Assembly (NCBI GenBank): GCA_050084985.1
Contig: JBITNC010000001.1
Coordinates: 49,042,001 to 49,106,000, forward strand
Origin: Nageia nagi
Lineage: Eukaryota > Plantae > Pinophyta
DNA: 64,000 nt
Reading direction: 5' to 3'
Made by a program: the position numbers and the translations under genes. Under the pieces are notes generated by a model. The model worked only from the letters and a program-made list of their open reading frames with translations. It had not been told where the DNA came from and did not search any database. Shown piece by piece: positions 10,809-24,469 of the stretch (positions within the stretch are counted from its first letter, which is position 1; every line of letters begins with the position of its first letter).

Positions 10809-13800
10809 ATGTCTGCAAATTCCATCAAAATGGGTAAGTTCACAGCATCCCAAAGCATAGTTAATGATAGAAATGAGATTTTTTTGATACAAATATATTG
10901 GAGAGAAATATAGATATGAAAGTTAAATACCTTGAAGCTGTAAAATCCAAAGACAAATATTTATGGGATTTGCTTTATGATTATGAGTTCATTGTCCCAT
11001 TTTTATGGGAGAGGTGTCACCCCTATCCTAGATTGATGGATTCCCTATCTCTAAAACTTGTAATTGAGTCTAAAAATTTTCAAAATAGTGAATGAGCTAT
11101 AATTCTTGATATGATTCATTTTGCTATGCCTAAATCCCTTCATAAGATAAATACCTCAAAAGATTGGGCTAGTGTAAAAGTTACAACAAAAGATTCAAAT
11201 AAATATCCCTTAGAATGTTTGAATCCCTTGTTGTTGAGCCCTATCATAGAAAAGAAAAATTTTTACGGGATATCAAGATTTAAAATTGACTTGGCCTATT
11301 TCCTTATGATGATTATGGTATTATGTGAAGAGGACATATAGATCATACAATCAGAGCATATTACTATGGCTTTATAGATGATGAAGAACTAGGGCAAGTT
11401 TTATCATGAATGGTATGAGATGATTGATGAGAGATTGGCACTAAGATTGGCTAATAAATATAGGTTGAATCATTTCCATTATTGTTCTTTTCTTTGTTTG
11501 ATTCTTCTTGATCAACATCCAAAGGTTTTCCTAGATATACAACTTTCTTAGGTGAATGAAGATGGAACTCCTTGGAGGGTAGATGAGTGGACCCAAGTTT
11601 TGAGTATAAATGGGTTATACTATGATTTTTTAAGATTCTTTCTTTTTCCTACTCTTAATTTTATTTTTGACATAACACTTCCTAGAATTCCAAAGCTAGT
11701 TATATCAAATATAAAAGCAAGATAATTTAAGAAGGGGGACTATTATTTTTTTGATAATTACACAGTCATTTTCTTAAATGGATTATATGATAAACCAATA
11801 AAGATACCATTTTATGTATCCAATTAAATTTTTTCTATGGAGGTGACTAGACAAGAGGACTATGTAGAGACCATGTGGGGAGTCACTAAGGGGAAGAAAA
11901 GCTTGTATACATATTCTTGTAGCTTCTATTCCATTCAAGCCTTGAATAGAAATTATTGGGGATATCTTACCATAAAAATGTAGAAATTGTAGTTAGAATA
12001 GATTGCACTATCATGGCTGTATGATCCATTTGGGGTATTTATAGTGCATTTGAAATTAGTAAATTCAAAGACCCCTAATTTTATCAATGTCAATGGATAA
12101 ATTTGAGAATCACAAAAATAACTTTGATATAGGGCCATTTTTGTTGGATGCTTTATTATAAACTTCATGCATGCCCTTATGGAGGCAAAAATTATGCCAT
12201 AAGAATTGAATATTGTTTTGTCATGGATAAAGAGAAAAACTTACCAAAGTCTATTCAAAAAAGCCTAGACAACTTTGACTGGATGGAGCATAAGAAGAAG
12301 TGTTCTATGCAATACAAGGTTGAAATCAAGTAAAAGTATATGGTATGGATGTATGACCAAGATAAAGCATTTTATGAGACCTATGATAAAAAATATTCCT
12401 TAGAAAAGGGAAAGGATCCCACAAAGAAAAGAGCTCAAATGGTAGATGAGATTTTGGAGGATGTAGAAGGTAAAGGTTAGATGAATACCAAAGAGGAAGC
12501 TTTGTTGAAAAAATAACACAAATAGGGTATCATAAAGCATAACTTACTTTCCACCTCAATAAAGGCTAGTGTTGTAGGTTTAATTGATGAAAGAGTTTAT
12601 TTGAAAAAGATATTATTTACATGAAAGAGCTAGAAAGAAAATTGGCTGAGGATAATGAGAAAAATAGGAAGGAGCAAGAAAAGAAGGATTTTGCCTTAGC
12701 TAAGAAGCTTGAAAAGGAAGAAGCTCCTATAAAAAATAAAATTATCAAAAAAAGGAAGGCCAATTCCATAGAAAAAAATATCCAAGAGAACAAATAAAAG
12801 CCAAAATTTGCCCAAATAGGTTCAACCTATGAAGATGATCCTTTAAAGATATATGATAGAGAGTGATGAACCAACCAAGGATGTTATTATTGTTGAATTT
12901 GATAAGCTTGATGATAATGAAAGTGAAGAAAATAAATCAACTCAGCCCTTTAGAGTTCTTAGGAGGAGTTAGACTAATATATCTTGCCTAAAGAATACAC
13001 CATCTAAAGATGAGAGCCTTACATCACCAAAAAAGAAGAAGAAGATTAATCCAGAGGTTCAAGAAGAGAAAGAGAAAATGTCAGATCTAGTATAAAATGT
13101 TACATCTTCATAAAACACAATTTCAGTGAGCCCATAATAAATGATAATGGTAAGTGATAAATTAAATGATGAAGATGATGTTGTTGTCACTATGGTGCCT
13201 CCTATTTCTATCTGGAAAATAGATACTTCTTCTCAAACTATTGAATATAGCAAAATATAAAAATCAAATCAAGATTAGTTTGAGAAGATGCACAAGGAGA
13301 AAAAATATTTTAGGGAATATACAATTGGATATAGTAGTAAATATTTGAAAATAAGTTTCATATGTTTTAGAAACACAACTTGATCCAAGTTCTAAATAAG
13401 CTTTAGATGCTAAGGGCATATCTTTGTAATTGAGATCTAACAAAATAAGTTGGATGGAAAAAAGGAAGATCATGAAAATTGGTATGACTTTGATGGATGT
13501 AGATGTGATCATACTAGAGAGGAAAGTTGATAAATTAAAAAAGCAACAAGCTGTACCTACTAAAAAAGAAAAGTTCCACTTCACTCAGATTAACTTATTG
13601 AACACAAAAATTCAATAGTTGTAAGAAGCCATTGAGTATTCCAAGTTAGCCAAAGTTATAGAGGAAAGAGAAGAAGAATTAAAATTCAAGGGTATAGAGT
13701 TCACCATGAAGAATGGTCAAATTGAGGCCTTAGAACTAGAGATAGATTGTTTGAAGGCTACATTGAAGAGTATGGAAATAGAACGCAAATATTTAGGAGA

Positions 13801-14666
13801 AGAAAAGAGAAAGCTCCAAGAGATTTTGAAGAATTTGTAGGATGCTTACCTAAAGGCAGTTATAAAGAATTTTGCTAAGGCCAAGGCAAAGTTTGAAGAG
13901 AAGCTGAAGATCAAAGATTAGACTCCAACCTATGATAAAAAGGCACTAGTACAAACATGATTACCAATAGATGTATTAAAGAATATTAATTTTGGATATT
14001 AAGGTAAGGCGATACCTATTTTGGGTTTATTACATTCAATTTAGGAATATGTATTATATTGTGAGAAGAAGATAGATGAGTATAAGGCTATTTTTTGACT
14101 TGAAGAGCAAAATTGTAAACATGTCTAATGAAAATGCAAAAATTATCAAATTAATGAATTGGAAAGATGTATTGGACACATGCACATATAATTCCCATGA
14201 TAGAATTTTGGCAATGTATCAGAAAGTGGTCTAGTTGCATGAGCTAATACTTTTTATGGATAAATGCACAAAGTCACTCATGTTAGAAATTGAAATATTA
14301 AATGGTGTCTTGAATTTTTTTGAAAAAAACAAGATGCCTCCCTTGTATAAGGGGGATAAGACTATGTATATGCTTGATGAGATAAAACCATTTTATGATC
14401 AAGTGCAAAAAATAGATGATAGCTTTGCAGATTGGGCAAAGGATAATTTTGAAGATAAGTCATCAAAGTTTGTCCGTGAGATGATAAAGGTGGAAAAATG
14501 GGTTACAAAATTATTAAGGATCAAACAAAATATCAACTTGAAGATTATCAATCAATTTGTTTCCTTAGCCATGCTCATTTAAGATACAAATATGTTGTAT
14601 GATGAAGAGTGGTCCATAACCTTAGCGATTTTGCCAAAAGTTACATCTAAGGATGTAACAACCTAA
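10809..14666 (+). pseudogene. Extra sense ORF 3' of pol in element A, function unknown (conserved N-terminal domain plus E/K-rich putative coiled coil)
   Basis: Chain of + strand ORF fragments (10898, 11111, 12148, 13430, 14235). Motif GDYYFFDNYTVIFLNG...PIKIPFYVSN*IFSMEVTRQ (~11735-11855) is shared with element B. Confidence 0.75.
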
Positions 14667-15480
14667 GGTATTTTTTTGTACACTTTGATAGTAATTTTTG
14701 TATAGAGCTTATAGTTTTGGTCTTGAGTTTGAGATTTGGTAGCACAAATCTACCAACCAGTTTCTAAAATGTATATCCATTCATACTTTTGGAGATATAA
14801 GAAGAGTTTTGTATGGGTATGCTCTTTTTTCATCCTTTATTGTTTTTTGAATAATTTATACTTAGTTAATTTTAGATATTTTTATGATGTTTGATTTTGC
14901 AAAAATTCGGTAGTGTTGGAGTGCACATAGTTTGCCAAAATGGTAATAGAATTAGTTAGTGTAAGGACTTAGCTAATTTTTGAGCATTTTCTATAGTGTT
15001 CAATTTTGAAAAATATCCAACAGCTTTTTGATGTATGAAATTCATTAGAATAGAAGAAAAATCATTATAGTTTTATACTTAGCTATTTTCTCATGTTTTA
15101 CAAAATATTTGATTTTGGCAAAGATCTGAAAGAGCAGATAAGATCAATTTTTATTAGAACATCAAGAAAATTGTACAAGGCATTTTATATAGTTCTAGCC
15201 CTATTGGAGGTGATTCGATCATGAACCAAGGGGGATTTATATCACATCAATCATCTAAGATGTTTCAATTTTGAAGACCTAAGTTCTAGCTATCCTGATC
15301 TAAGCATGAGTGAAGAAGTCTACCAAAATAGTTCATTTTGTTATGTATTTGATTCCAATGGGTCCATCAAAATAAAAGTACATGTAAATAGTATCATAAC
15401 CTCTATAAAATACATTTTCATTCAAATAAGGTGATTTCAACTTCCAAATTCAAGTTGTAAGTTCCAAACAAGCTGAAGGG

Positions 15481-16197
15481 TGTTAGTGTACATGAAGGAT
15501 TATTTTAGATATTTATAAATTGATATCTAAGTTATAAATTTGATCAAATATCAAATATGATATGTTGTAAATATCTCAATAGTTAGTTACAAATATTATA
15601 TGTGTTAGAGTTTGTTAGGAACTAGTTAAAAGATATTTTACAGAGGAAAACTATAAGTATCATATCTATTATAAGAGAAGGGATCAAATATAGTAGATAT
15701 TTCTCTTATTTTATCCTTATATCAGTGATAATAGAATATAATGTGCTTCTTGATCTCTTGAATTAGATCAAATTATTATTTTTCTTAGATCATTATGTTA
15801 TATGCTTGTTTGCACTTCATGGATTATGAGAGGTTATCAATAATTAATCCATATTTGCAAAGCACTTGTAAGTTATTATTACTTGGAGTGTCATGCATTA
15901 TTTGGTGGCTACAAATTCAAACCATTCGATCAACTTGGATTCTCCTATAATGAATGCTTATGATGGTCTAAATTTTTTCTTTTGCTTATTTGTAGACACT
16001 AACCTAGAATCTTAGATTTACTTTAGTTTTGCAAGTTTGCTTTCTACAACCTTTGCTTTTGCAATTCCCAATTTGATCTTGATAGGAACCAACATTCTTT
16101 AGAGATAGATTTCTAGCAATATAAATCACATCATCAAAATTATAACTATGAATTTGATACACAAGCATGTGTACAAATTACATAATCTTAGTCAACA
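15481..16197 (+). repeat. 3' LTR of element A (717 bp)
   Basis: Starts TGTTAG directly after purine-rich aagctgaaggg, ends CAACA, matches 1-479. Confidence 0.88.
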
Positions 16198-16494
16198 ATA
16201 ACCAACAAGGTCATAAAAGGAAACATCATTGACCATACCCATAAAAATTTCTACACACTTACCATTCTTTGACTATAACATGAAGCTCATTTCAATACAA
16301 TGATATTAAGATCATGTACAAAATAAAAAGAAATGGGAAAAAAGACAAGTTTTCACTTTCTCCATAAAAAATAATTCACAAATAATACAAGCACTAATTT
16401 AGAACTAAACTCAATTCATAGAAACAAAAATCCTTTTATGATGGAAAATATAAATCATAGTAGAAAAATAAATCAAGAAAGTTATTAAGCTTAA

Positions 16495-16970
16495 TTGTAT
16501 AGTGGAAAGAGGCATTTTTGTGTGAATCCATTGATCATTCTTCAATATCTATTATGGCATCAAATTGGTGGCCATGTGATATTCATAATAACCAAGTAGA
16601 TAAAAAATAACTTTATATAATTTATACTTTTCATTGTACTCTACCATCCTTCCCATCCACAAACCATTTTTGTCCCATACCTCCATTGCTTCTCCCACCA
16701 TAAAATCCCTCCTCAAATCTAGCTCAATTGGTTTGAGCTTCACTATTTTGGGATCCTATGCTTCCTACAAGATCTTATTTCATTTTAGTTTCAAAAGATA
16801 ATGTACTACATAATTAAGACATGCTTCAATACCTCATCTATAAATTATGCTTGATACCACACCATAATAACCATCTTTGATGCATAGAACTCCAATATCC
16901 TCTAATATTTTGGAATCCTATTATCTCTTATGGCAATGGGTTTGGAGCTTTTTCCCTCTCATCTACATCA
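16495..16970 (-). pseudogene. Tandem Agenet (plant Tudor-like) domain exon, copy A
   Basis: DFMVGEAMEVWDKNGLWMGRMVEYNEKYKLYKVIFY...HMATNLMP fits the Agenet pattern F.VG..VEV...GWW.G.V...Y.V.F...LRP. Confidence 0.75.
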
Positions 16971-17587
16971 GTTTGGAAATTTTCTCTATATATCTTCTTC
17001 TATATTAAACAAACATGCATATAGAGTTGCAAGGGTAGTTGTGAGGCATTATGGAGAAAGAGTGGTGGTTTTTTATGGGATTTTTCTTCTTGTGGGAGAT
17101 GGTTATTAACTTTTTTTTTTGGTTTGATACAAATTAAAAATCCCAATCCTCCATACCATATTGATATCATAAAAAGGATGGTGGTTTTTTTAAGTGAAAA
17201 TTATTACGAAAGTTTACATGGAATATGGTAGATGATAAGGAGTCACAAACTTAGAGCTAAATCTAGAAGCTTCTTTATCTTAGTTTTAGATAGGTAGATA
17301 GTTCTTAATGTATTTTAATAGTTTGTGACTCCTTATTATCCCCCATATTCTATGTAAACTACCTTAAGAATTTTCACTTGAAAACCATCATTCTTTGCAT
17401 GATATAAATATGGCGATGGAGGATTTGGATCTATAATTAGTGTCATACCAATAAAAATAGATAAGAGCCATCTTTTTCAAGAAATAAAACCTAATAAAAA
17501 TCCAACACTATCATGCACTATTATCCTTGTAACTATATATGCATGTTTTCCTTATTGAGAAAAGATACAAGGAGAATTTCCAATACA

Positions 17588-18067
17588 ATGGTTAAGGTGA
17601 GAGGGAAGAAGCTCCAAACCCATGGTCATAGAAGATAAAAGGATTTAAAAACATTAGATAAGATTGAATTGTTATTCATCAAACATGGCTATTATGGTGT
17701 GTGGTACCAAGCAATATTTATAGATGATATTTTGAAGGATGGATTCATTGTGTAGTAAATTGATGTTTTGGACCTAAAATGGAGTAGGGGCTTGCAAGAG
17801 GTGAGAGATCCCAGAATGGTGAGGCCTAAACCTCAAAATCTAGATTTGAGAAGGGATTTTATGGTGGGAGAAGAAGCAAAGATATGGAACAAATATGGTT
17901 GGTGTATTGGGAGGGTGCTAGAGTACGATGATGATAATAAAGTATATAATGTTATTTTTTATCTGTTTGGTTACTATGAATATCATATGGCTTCCAATTT
18001 GAGGCCATCATAGATATTTAAGAATTATTAATGGATTCACCCAACAATGGCCCTTACCATCATACAA
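17588..18067 (+). pseudogene. Tandem Agenet domain exon, copy B
   Basis: One frame from ATG 17588: KTLDKIELL..HGYYGVWYQAIFI...LQEVRDPRMVRPKP (Agenet 1), then DFMVGEE..WNKYGWCIGRV...YNVIF...NLRPS..W (Agenet 2). Point stops only; ends at CAA|GTAAG donor; TATA-like ctatatat at 17533. Confidence 0.8.
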
Positions 18068-18624
18068 GTAAGCTTTATAGGTTGCATAATTTATTTTTCT
18101 ACTATGATTTATATTTTCCATCATAAATGGATTTTTATTTCACTAAATTTTTGCTATTTGAATCGAGTTTGGTTGTATAGTGATGCTTACATTATTTGTG
18201 AACATATGGATAAATATGGAAAATTTTCTTCTTTATTCCCATTTATTTTTATTTTGTTGCATGATATCAAGCTTAAGGTGTTGAATTGAGCTTCATGTTA
18301 TAGTCAAGAAGTGGTAGATTCTTGGAATTTGCAATGGGTTTGGTTGATGATGTTTCTTTCACTCTTTTTTTGTATGTAAAAAAATATGGTTTCATGCTAT
18401 ACTCTACTTGATTTTTCAATTAACTATAATAATTTTATTCATTATATTCCTTCTCTCTTGGACATGTCAAAATATTTTTCACACATGTACTTGAAAAGAT
18501 AATATGCTAACTAGTAACATCCCTCTTTTATCCTCTAGCTATATGATTATGCTAACTGGAAACATCCCTCTTTCCTCCTATAACTTTTATGAGTTGCATT
18601 TCTTTGTGCTTGTTTACAACAAGT

Positions 18625-19375
18625 TAGATAAGAAACATTCCATGTGAAATTGGTAGGCCTAACAAATTGATTATTAAAGTACCTCTACCTTCAATATAAA
18701 GTGTTATAAATCCAATCCCTTTAGCATTGGGTAATGTTATTCATTGAAGATTTTATTTATAGGGAACAACTTATTGTATAACGATATATTATTTGATTTA
18801 GGAAAATTAAAAATCATGATCATTTAACCCTATATAATGTTTACCTAGAATCTTACAAGATATGTATCTTCTAAACAAGGCACTTATATCAATAATCATG
18901 GTAAGAATTAATATGTGATAAAATAAAAGGGTTATTTCTATGAGTATCAACCTTCCCATTTCCACTCTTTCTTTAAATTTTTGGATACACTATTGATGAA
19001 TTTGAATTTATTTAGAACTATTACAAATTTTATTGAAAAATTTAAAGAGAGAACCTCTTTGAATTTAGATATAAATAACCTGATGAGAAGCATACATCAA
19101 AGTATATGTAACTAGTTTTTTTTTGAGAAAGTATCTCTTGACTCTAATCAATTATTTTGTACAATTCAAAAATCCATAGTAAACCTCCAAAATTTGAAAT
19201 CTTTGTACTTATACTAAAATAATTTGAGACTACAATGAAACATGAAACCTCCAAAAATCAAAGAGATATAATTTTACATTCATTCATTTGTCAAGAGTTA
19301 TCACATAGTATTCCTCAACTTAAGGATCATGATTAGCTTCTTCTCTTTAACAAAAATGTTTTTAGTTGTGTTATT
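18625..19375 (+). pseudogene. Plant extracellular LRR (RLP/RLK-type) gene fragment in the Agenet intron, unit 1
   Basis: IPCEIGRPNKL, IPLALGN, LNLDINNLMRSIHQSICN, KSIVNLQNLKSLYL; homologous to 30845-31625. Confidence 0.65.
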
Positions 19376-20823
19376 GAACTGTTACATTTTTTTAAAAATA
19401 TGAATTGATTGTATAAGTTGATTGAATCAAGTAATGATAGTTGAATTATCAATATGATGAAATAAGACCATGATGTTTTAGCTTAGTTTTTAAAATGAGC
19501 TATAGAATTGTAAAAACAAAAGAAGCAATGATGCTCTAAAGGATACCTATACATTAATTTTTTTCATATTTTACATTTAAAGAAAGGTAAAATGAACATT
19601 AACATCCTTTTATAGATTATTTTGTAAGACCTATCATTAGTTTTAAAATATCATAATTTCATACTTTGAGTCCAATCTTTCCATTGAATTGCAAACTATT
19701 TCCATAGTTTTTTTATAAGTTATTTCTGTATCTATTTTGCATCAAGCTTCTTGCTTGATCTTGGTTTTTCCAAAGGGAATATATTTAGATTTTTATGATC
19801 CCAATTTTACTTTAGAAAAGAGTTTAAGGTTTTTGTAGTCATCAAATCTTCTTTAGCTTTGAATTGAATGTTTGGTACCTTTTTAGTTGTTAGCTATGAG
19901 AAAACCTCACAAGACTTTCAATGTTTTTTTTGCCACTCTAGGGACCTTAACAATATGCTTGTCATAACCTAATTTATAGAACTTCTCAAATACTAAATAT
20001 TTCATAAATTTTATTTCAAGGATCCTTCTATATATTCCATAATAACATTACTCTAAAAATCTAAGCATTAATATTGAAGACTATTAATCTCATCATTATG
20101 CTTACTTAGTAAATCATAGATTAAATTTTCATTGAAAATGACATTGAATTATTTTAAATCTATAAGAAAAAAGTATTTTATGAATCCTACCCTATTAAAG
20201 AGGACTTATCTAAAACTAAAATTTATAAATTTCTAATTTTTACTTAACTTTGTGAAATCCAAAGCCTTTGGCTAGCCCTTTTTGACTTTTCTAATTGCAA
20301 AATTCTATGATGTATTATATTGATCCATATGATATTCTCATTGAAAAAGTGTTCAAAACTATCAAAATGACTAACTTAACACTAAAGTATCTCAAATTTA
20401 AATCTAATAACTTAAATTACTATCTAACTTTGTATATCATTGTATAAAGGTTTCCAAAAAAATGATACCTAAAACTTTGGCCCTTACCTTAGGCAATTCT
20501 GGCATCTAAAAATCTATTTTTTTTACTAAAAATATGATCTATCTGATTGAATTTGAATTTGGAATCAAATCATACTACACTCCACTAAATTCCTAAATTG
20601 AACCAATTAATACTAAATCTGAACCAACTCAAATTACTAATCATGTTGATATGAAAAACTTGCCCCCAATTATCACTTTTTCTTTCTTCATATTTAGAAT
20701 TTCTATTACTACAATTGATATTAATTTCTACTTGGTTAATTTAATGAATTAAATTCATAACTCTAATAATAAAAAAAAAATAAAAAACCTTAGGCTAAAA
20801 ATAAGTAGTTCAAATAATGCGCA

Positions 20824-21266
20824 TTAGATTCTTTTATTTGAGCTTTTCAGAATAAGTTCATTAGAATGTGCATTTATTTTTGAACTCACACTAATGTGAT
20901 TCTCAAAATTACCAAAAGAGACCTTGTTGGGAATTTTAATTTGTATTATCCTAGGTTTCCTATCTATCACATCAACTTTTGAGCTCACACCAACATGATT
21001 CTCATAACTATCAGAAGAGACCATGCTAGGAATTTTAATTTTTATTATCCTATGTGGCTCTTCAACTTTGGTTGAGCTCACTTCACTTATAGACACATGA
21101 TGAGCTTAAAATTTTGAAATCTAAAACTCATCATTACCTTTCTTTGAATTATTTACTTTTTAAGTTCTTTGTATGTTGTATTTTTGCATTATCCAACAAC
21201 AACATATATTCTTCTTTGTGAGACTAGAGTTGAACCATCATTATTCAGTATTTCATCCACTAAATC
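20824..21266 (-). pseudogene. Putative exon 2 of the Agenet gene, copy C
   Basis: Acceptor ttttcttgtag|GAT at 21266 (phase 0, matching the phase-0 donor of exon 1); DLVDEILNND...; ~33-aa repeats RIIKIKIP / RIIQIKIP. Confidence 0.55.
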
Positions 21267-22704
21267 CTACAAGAAAAATCCCCAATTTTCACAAGAAAGG
21301 TATATTAATGATATGAATCCTCATAAGTGGACTTCACATATTAATATTTGGTAATAAACAATATTACATCAGGTAATCAGACCAACACATAAATGAGATT
21401 TATATGGATTTAAAAATAAGATTGTACTAAAAAAATGTTAATAAGTTTTAAATAAACCATATTAATGCTCATTAAACATTTAGTTAAATTTGAGTGGAAA
21501 TCAATAATTAAATTATTTTCAATCATCATTTCATAGTTTAATTCATTTTCCTTATTAGAAATAGAATATATGAATACATTTTTGTCAAACATATTTCAAT
21601 GTTGATTAATCACATGTATAAAATAGTTTTTGATCATACCAAATACATCCAATTTTTATCATTGCTATATTATTAGCTAAACTCACTGCAAGTTATTTAG
21701 TGTGTACTCTAAATATTTTAAAAATAAATGCATCTGACTAATAGTGAGAAAGAATTTATTTTCCATATTTATTTATTTATACCTAGTAAGACCCCCATTG
21801 ATACTATAGAAAGCATCACTCAAAATTAATCATGGTGTTATAAGAATATTTTAATGATGACTTTGGGTAAGTATAAAACAACTAGTGATTATGATATCTT
21901 CTATTGAAGTTAAGTATGAGGAAATAATCAATAGTTTATGTAACACTTTAAAGAAAAAGTGGAAATGGGAAGGATGATACTCATAGAAAACAACCCTTTT
22001 ATTTTTTTAGATATTAATTCTTGTCATGAGAATTGCTAAAATTTTCTTGTTTAAAAGATACATATCTTTTAAGATTCTAGGCATGCATTATATAAGGTTA
22101 AAAGAATAAGATTTTTCATCTTTCTAACTCAAATAGTATATTTTTATATAATAAGTTATTCACTATAAGTTATATTGAAGGTAGGGGCACTCTAATAATA
22201 AATTTTCTTAGGCCTGCCAATTTCACATGGAATGGTCCTTGCCCAATTAGCATAATTGAACAATTATAGGAAGAAAGAGGGATGTTACTATCCAACATGC
22301 TATCTTTCAAGTACATGTGTGACAAAGTAGGGTATAATATGCAAACATATTTTGTTTATATACAAAAAAAGAGTGAAGTCAACAACATATCCAAAAAAGG
22401 TCATAAAAAGAAACATCAACAACCAAACCCATGAAAAATTCTAGGAACCTACCAATCCCTAACTATAACATGAAGCTTAATTCAACACAATGATATTAAG
22501 ATCATACACAAAATAAAAAGAATTAAGAAAAAATGAAGATGAGTTTCCACCTTTCTCCATAAAAATCAATTCACAAATAATGTAAGCACTAATTTACAAC
22601 CAAATTCAATTCAATTAGAAAAAATTCAATTAAACAAAAATCCTTTTATGATGGAAAATATAAATCATAGTAGAAAAATAAATCAAGCAAGCTAGCAAGC
22701 TTAC

Positions 22705-23182
22705 TTGCATGGTGGCAAAGGGCATTATTGGTTGAATCCATTTACCATTCTTCAATATATGAGATGGCCTCAAATTGATGGCCATCTGATATTAATAATA
22801 AATAAGTAGATAAAAAACAACTTTATATACTTTATACTTATCATTATACTTTACCACCCTCCCCATCCACCAACCATATTTTTCCCATGGCTCTATTTAT
22901 TATCCCACCATAAAATCCATCCTAAAATCTAGCTCATGAGGTTTAGGCCTCACTATTTTGGGATCTCACACTTCGTATAAGACCCTATTCCATTTTGGGT
23001 CCAAAAGATCAATGTATTGCATAGTGAATCCATCCTTCAATACCTCATCTATAAATTATGCTTGGTACCACACACCATAATAGCGACCTATGATGCATGG
23101 AAATTTAATATCCTCTAATGTTTTGAAAGCCTATTATCTCATATGGCAATGGGTGTGGAGCTTCTTACATCTCACCTACATT
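22705..23182 (-). pseudogene. Tandem Agenet domain exon, copy C (exon 1 of the only complete two-exon copy in the window)
   Basis: Reverse complement reads YYGVWYQA...DPKIVRPKPHELDFRMDFMVG...WEKYGWWMGRVV...NLRPSHILKNGKW, then CAA|GTAAG donor. Confidence 0.78.
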
Positions 23183-23804
23183 GGATTGGAAAGGATCTCT
23201 ATATATCTTCTTATCTATTAGGCAAACATACATATATAGTTGCAAGGATGGTGGTGGTGCATTACAAAGAAAGTGTAGTGGGTTTTTATGGGGTTTTGCT
23301 TCTTATAGGAGATGGTTATTAGCTAATTTTTTTAGGATGACACAAATTAAAAATACCAATCCTCCAAATCATATTCATATTATGAAAATGATAGTGGTAT
23401 TTTCAAGTGAAAATTCTTGAGGAAGTTTACGTGGAATATGGTAGATGATAAGGATTCACAAACTTAGAGTTAAATCCAAAAGCTTCTTTATCTCAATTTT
23501 AGAGGAGGTAGATAGTTGTTAATGTACTGTAATAGTTTGTGACTCCTTATTATCCACCATATTTTGTGTAAACTACCTCAAGTTTTTTCACTTGAAAAAA
23601 CCATCATTTTTTGCATGATATCAATATGGGTTGGAGGATTGGGATCTGTAATTTGTGTCATCCCAACAAAAATAGCTAAGAGCCATCTTTTGCAAGAAAT
23701 AAAACCTAATAAAAATCCAACATTGGAATACACCACCATCCTTGCAACTATATATGCATGATTGACTTGTAGAGAAAATATATGAAGAGAATTTCTAATC
23801 CAAA

Positions 23805-24271
23805 GGATAGAGTTGAGGGGGAAGAAGCTCCAAACCCATGGTAATAGGAGATAAAAGGCTTTCAAAACATTAAAGGAGATTGAAGTGTTGTGCATAAAAC
23901 ATGTCTATTATGGTGTGTGGTACCAACCAATATTTATAGATGATGTGTTGAAGGATGGAATCATTGAGTAGTACATTGATGTTTTGTACTTGAAATGGAA
24001 TAGGGGCCTACAAGAGGTGCAGGATCCCATAATAGTGAGGCATAAACCTCCCACGCTGTATTTGAGGATGGATTTTATGTTAAGAGAAGAATTAGAGACA
24101 TGGAACAAATATGGTTGGTGTATGGGGAGGGAGGTAGACTATGATGATGATAATAAAGTATATAAAGTTATTTTTGATATGATTAGTTATTATGAAATAT
24201 CACATATGCCATCATAGATATTGAAGAATGATCAATGGATTCACCCAAAAATACCCCTTTCCACCATACAA
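23805..24271 (+). pseudogene. Tandem Agenet domain exon, copy D
   Basis: LQEVQDPIIVRHKPP..DFMLREELETWNKYGWCMGREV..YKVIF; CAA|GTAAG donor at 24272. Confidence 0.78.
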
Positions 24272-24469
24272 GTAAGATTTATAGGTTGCTTGATTTATTT
24301 TTCTACTATGATTTATATTTGCCATCATAAATGGATTTTTATTTCATTGAATTTTTGCTAATTGAATTGATTTAAGCTATAAAGTGGTGCTTGCGTTATT
24401 TGTGAATTGGTTTTTATAGATAAATATGGAAAATTTTCTTCTTCTTTCTCATTTCTTTTTATTTTCTTG

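Larger units (their letters stand above)
1..16197 (+). mobile_element. Decayed Ty3/Gypsy Tat-lineage (TatII-type) LTR retrotransposon, element A; 5' LTR begins before the window; two nested insertions
   Basis: 1-479 matches ~15719-16197 (LTR pair). Degenerate tRNA-Arg PBS at 496. Domain order gag, protease, archaeal-type RNase H (WIMHYDGAKSKNGIGA), RT (YLDD at 8472), RNase H, integrase, extra ORF. Purine tract before TGTTAG at 15481. Confidence 0.93.
16198..18358. repeat. Long inverted repeat 1 (arms 16198-17251 and 17320-~18358, 68-nt spacer)
   Basis: gataaggagtcacaaact ... agtttgtgactccttat flank the spacer; arms stay colinear in reverse complement outward until the left arm is cut by element A. 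Confidence 0.92.

Noticed and set aside
23181-23895. ORFs 23181-23420, 23564-23761 and 23578-23895 around the palindrome centre
   Set aside because: Not maintained as ORFs in the homologous unit 1 arms; they overlap the presumed promoter region.
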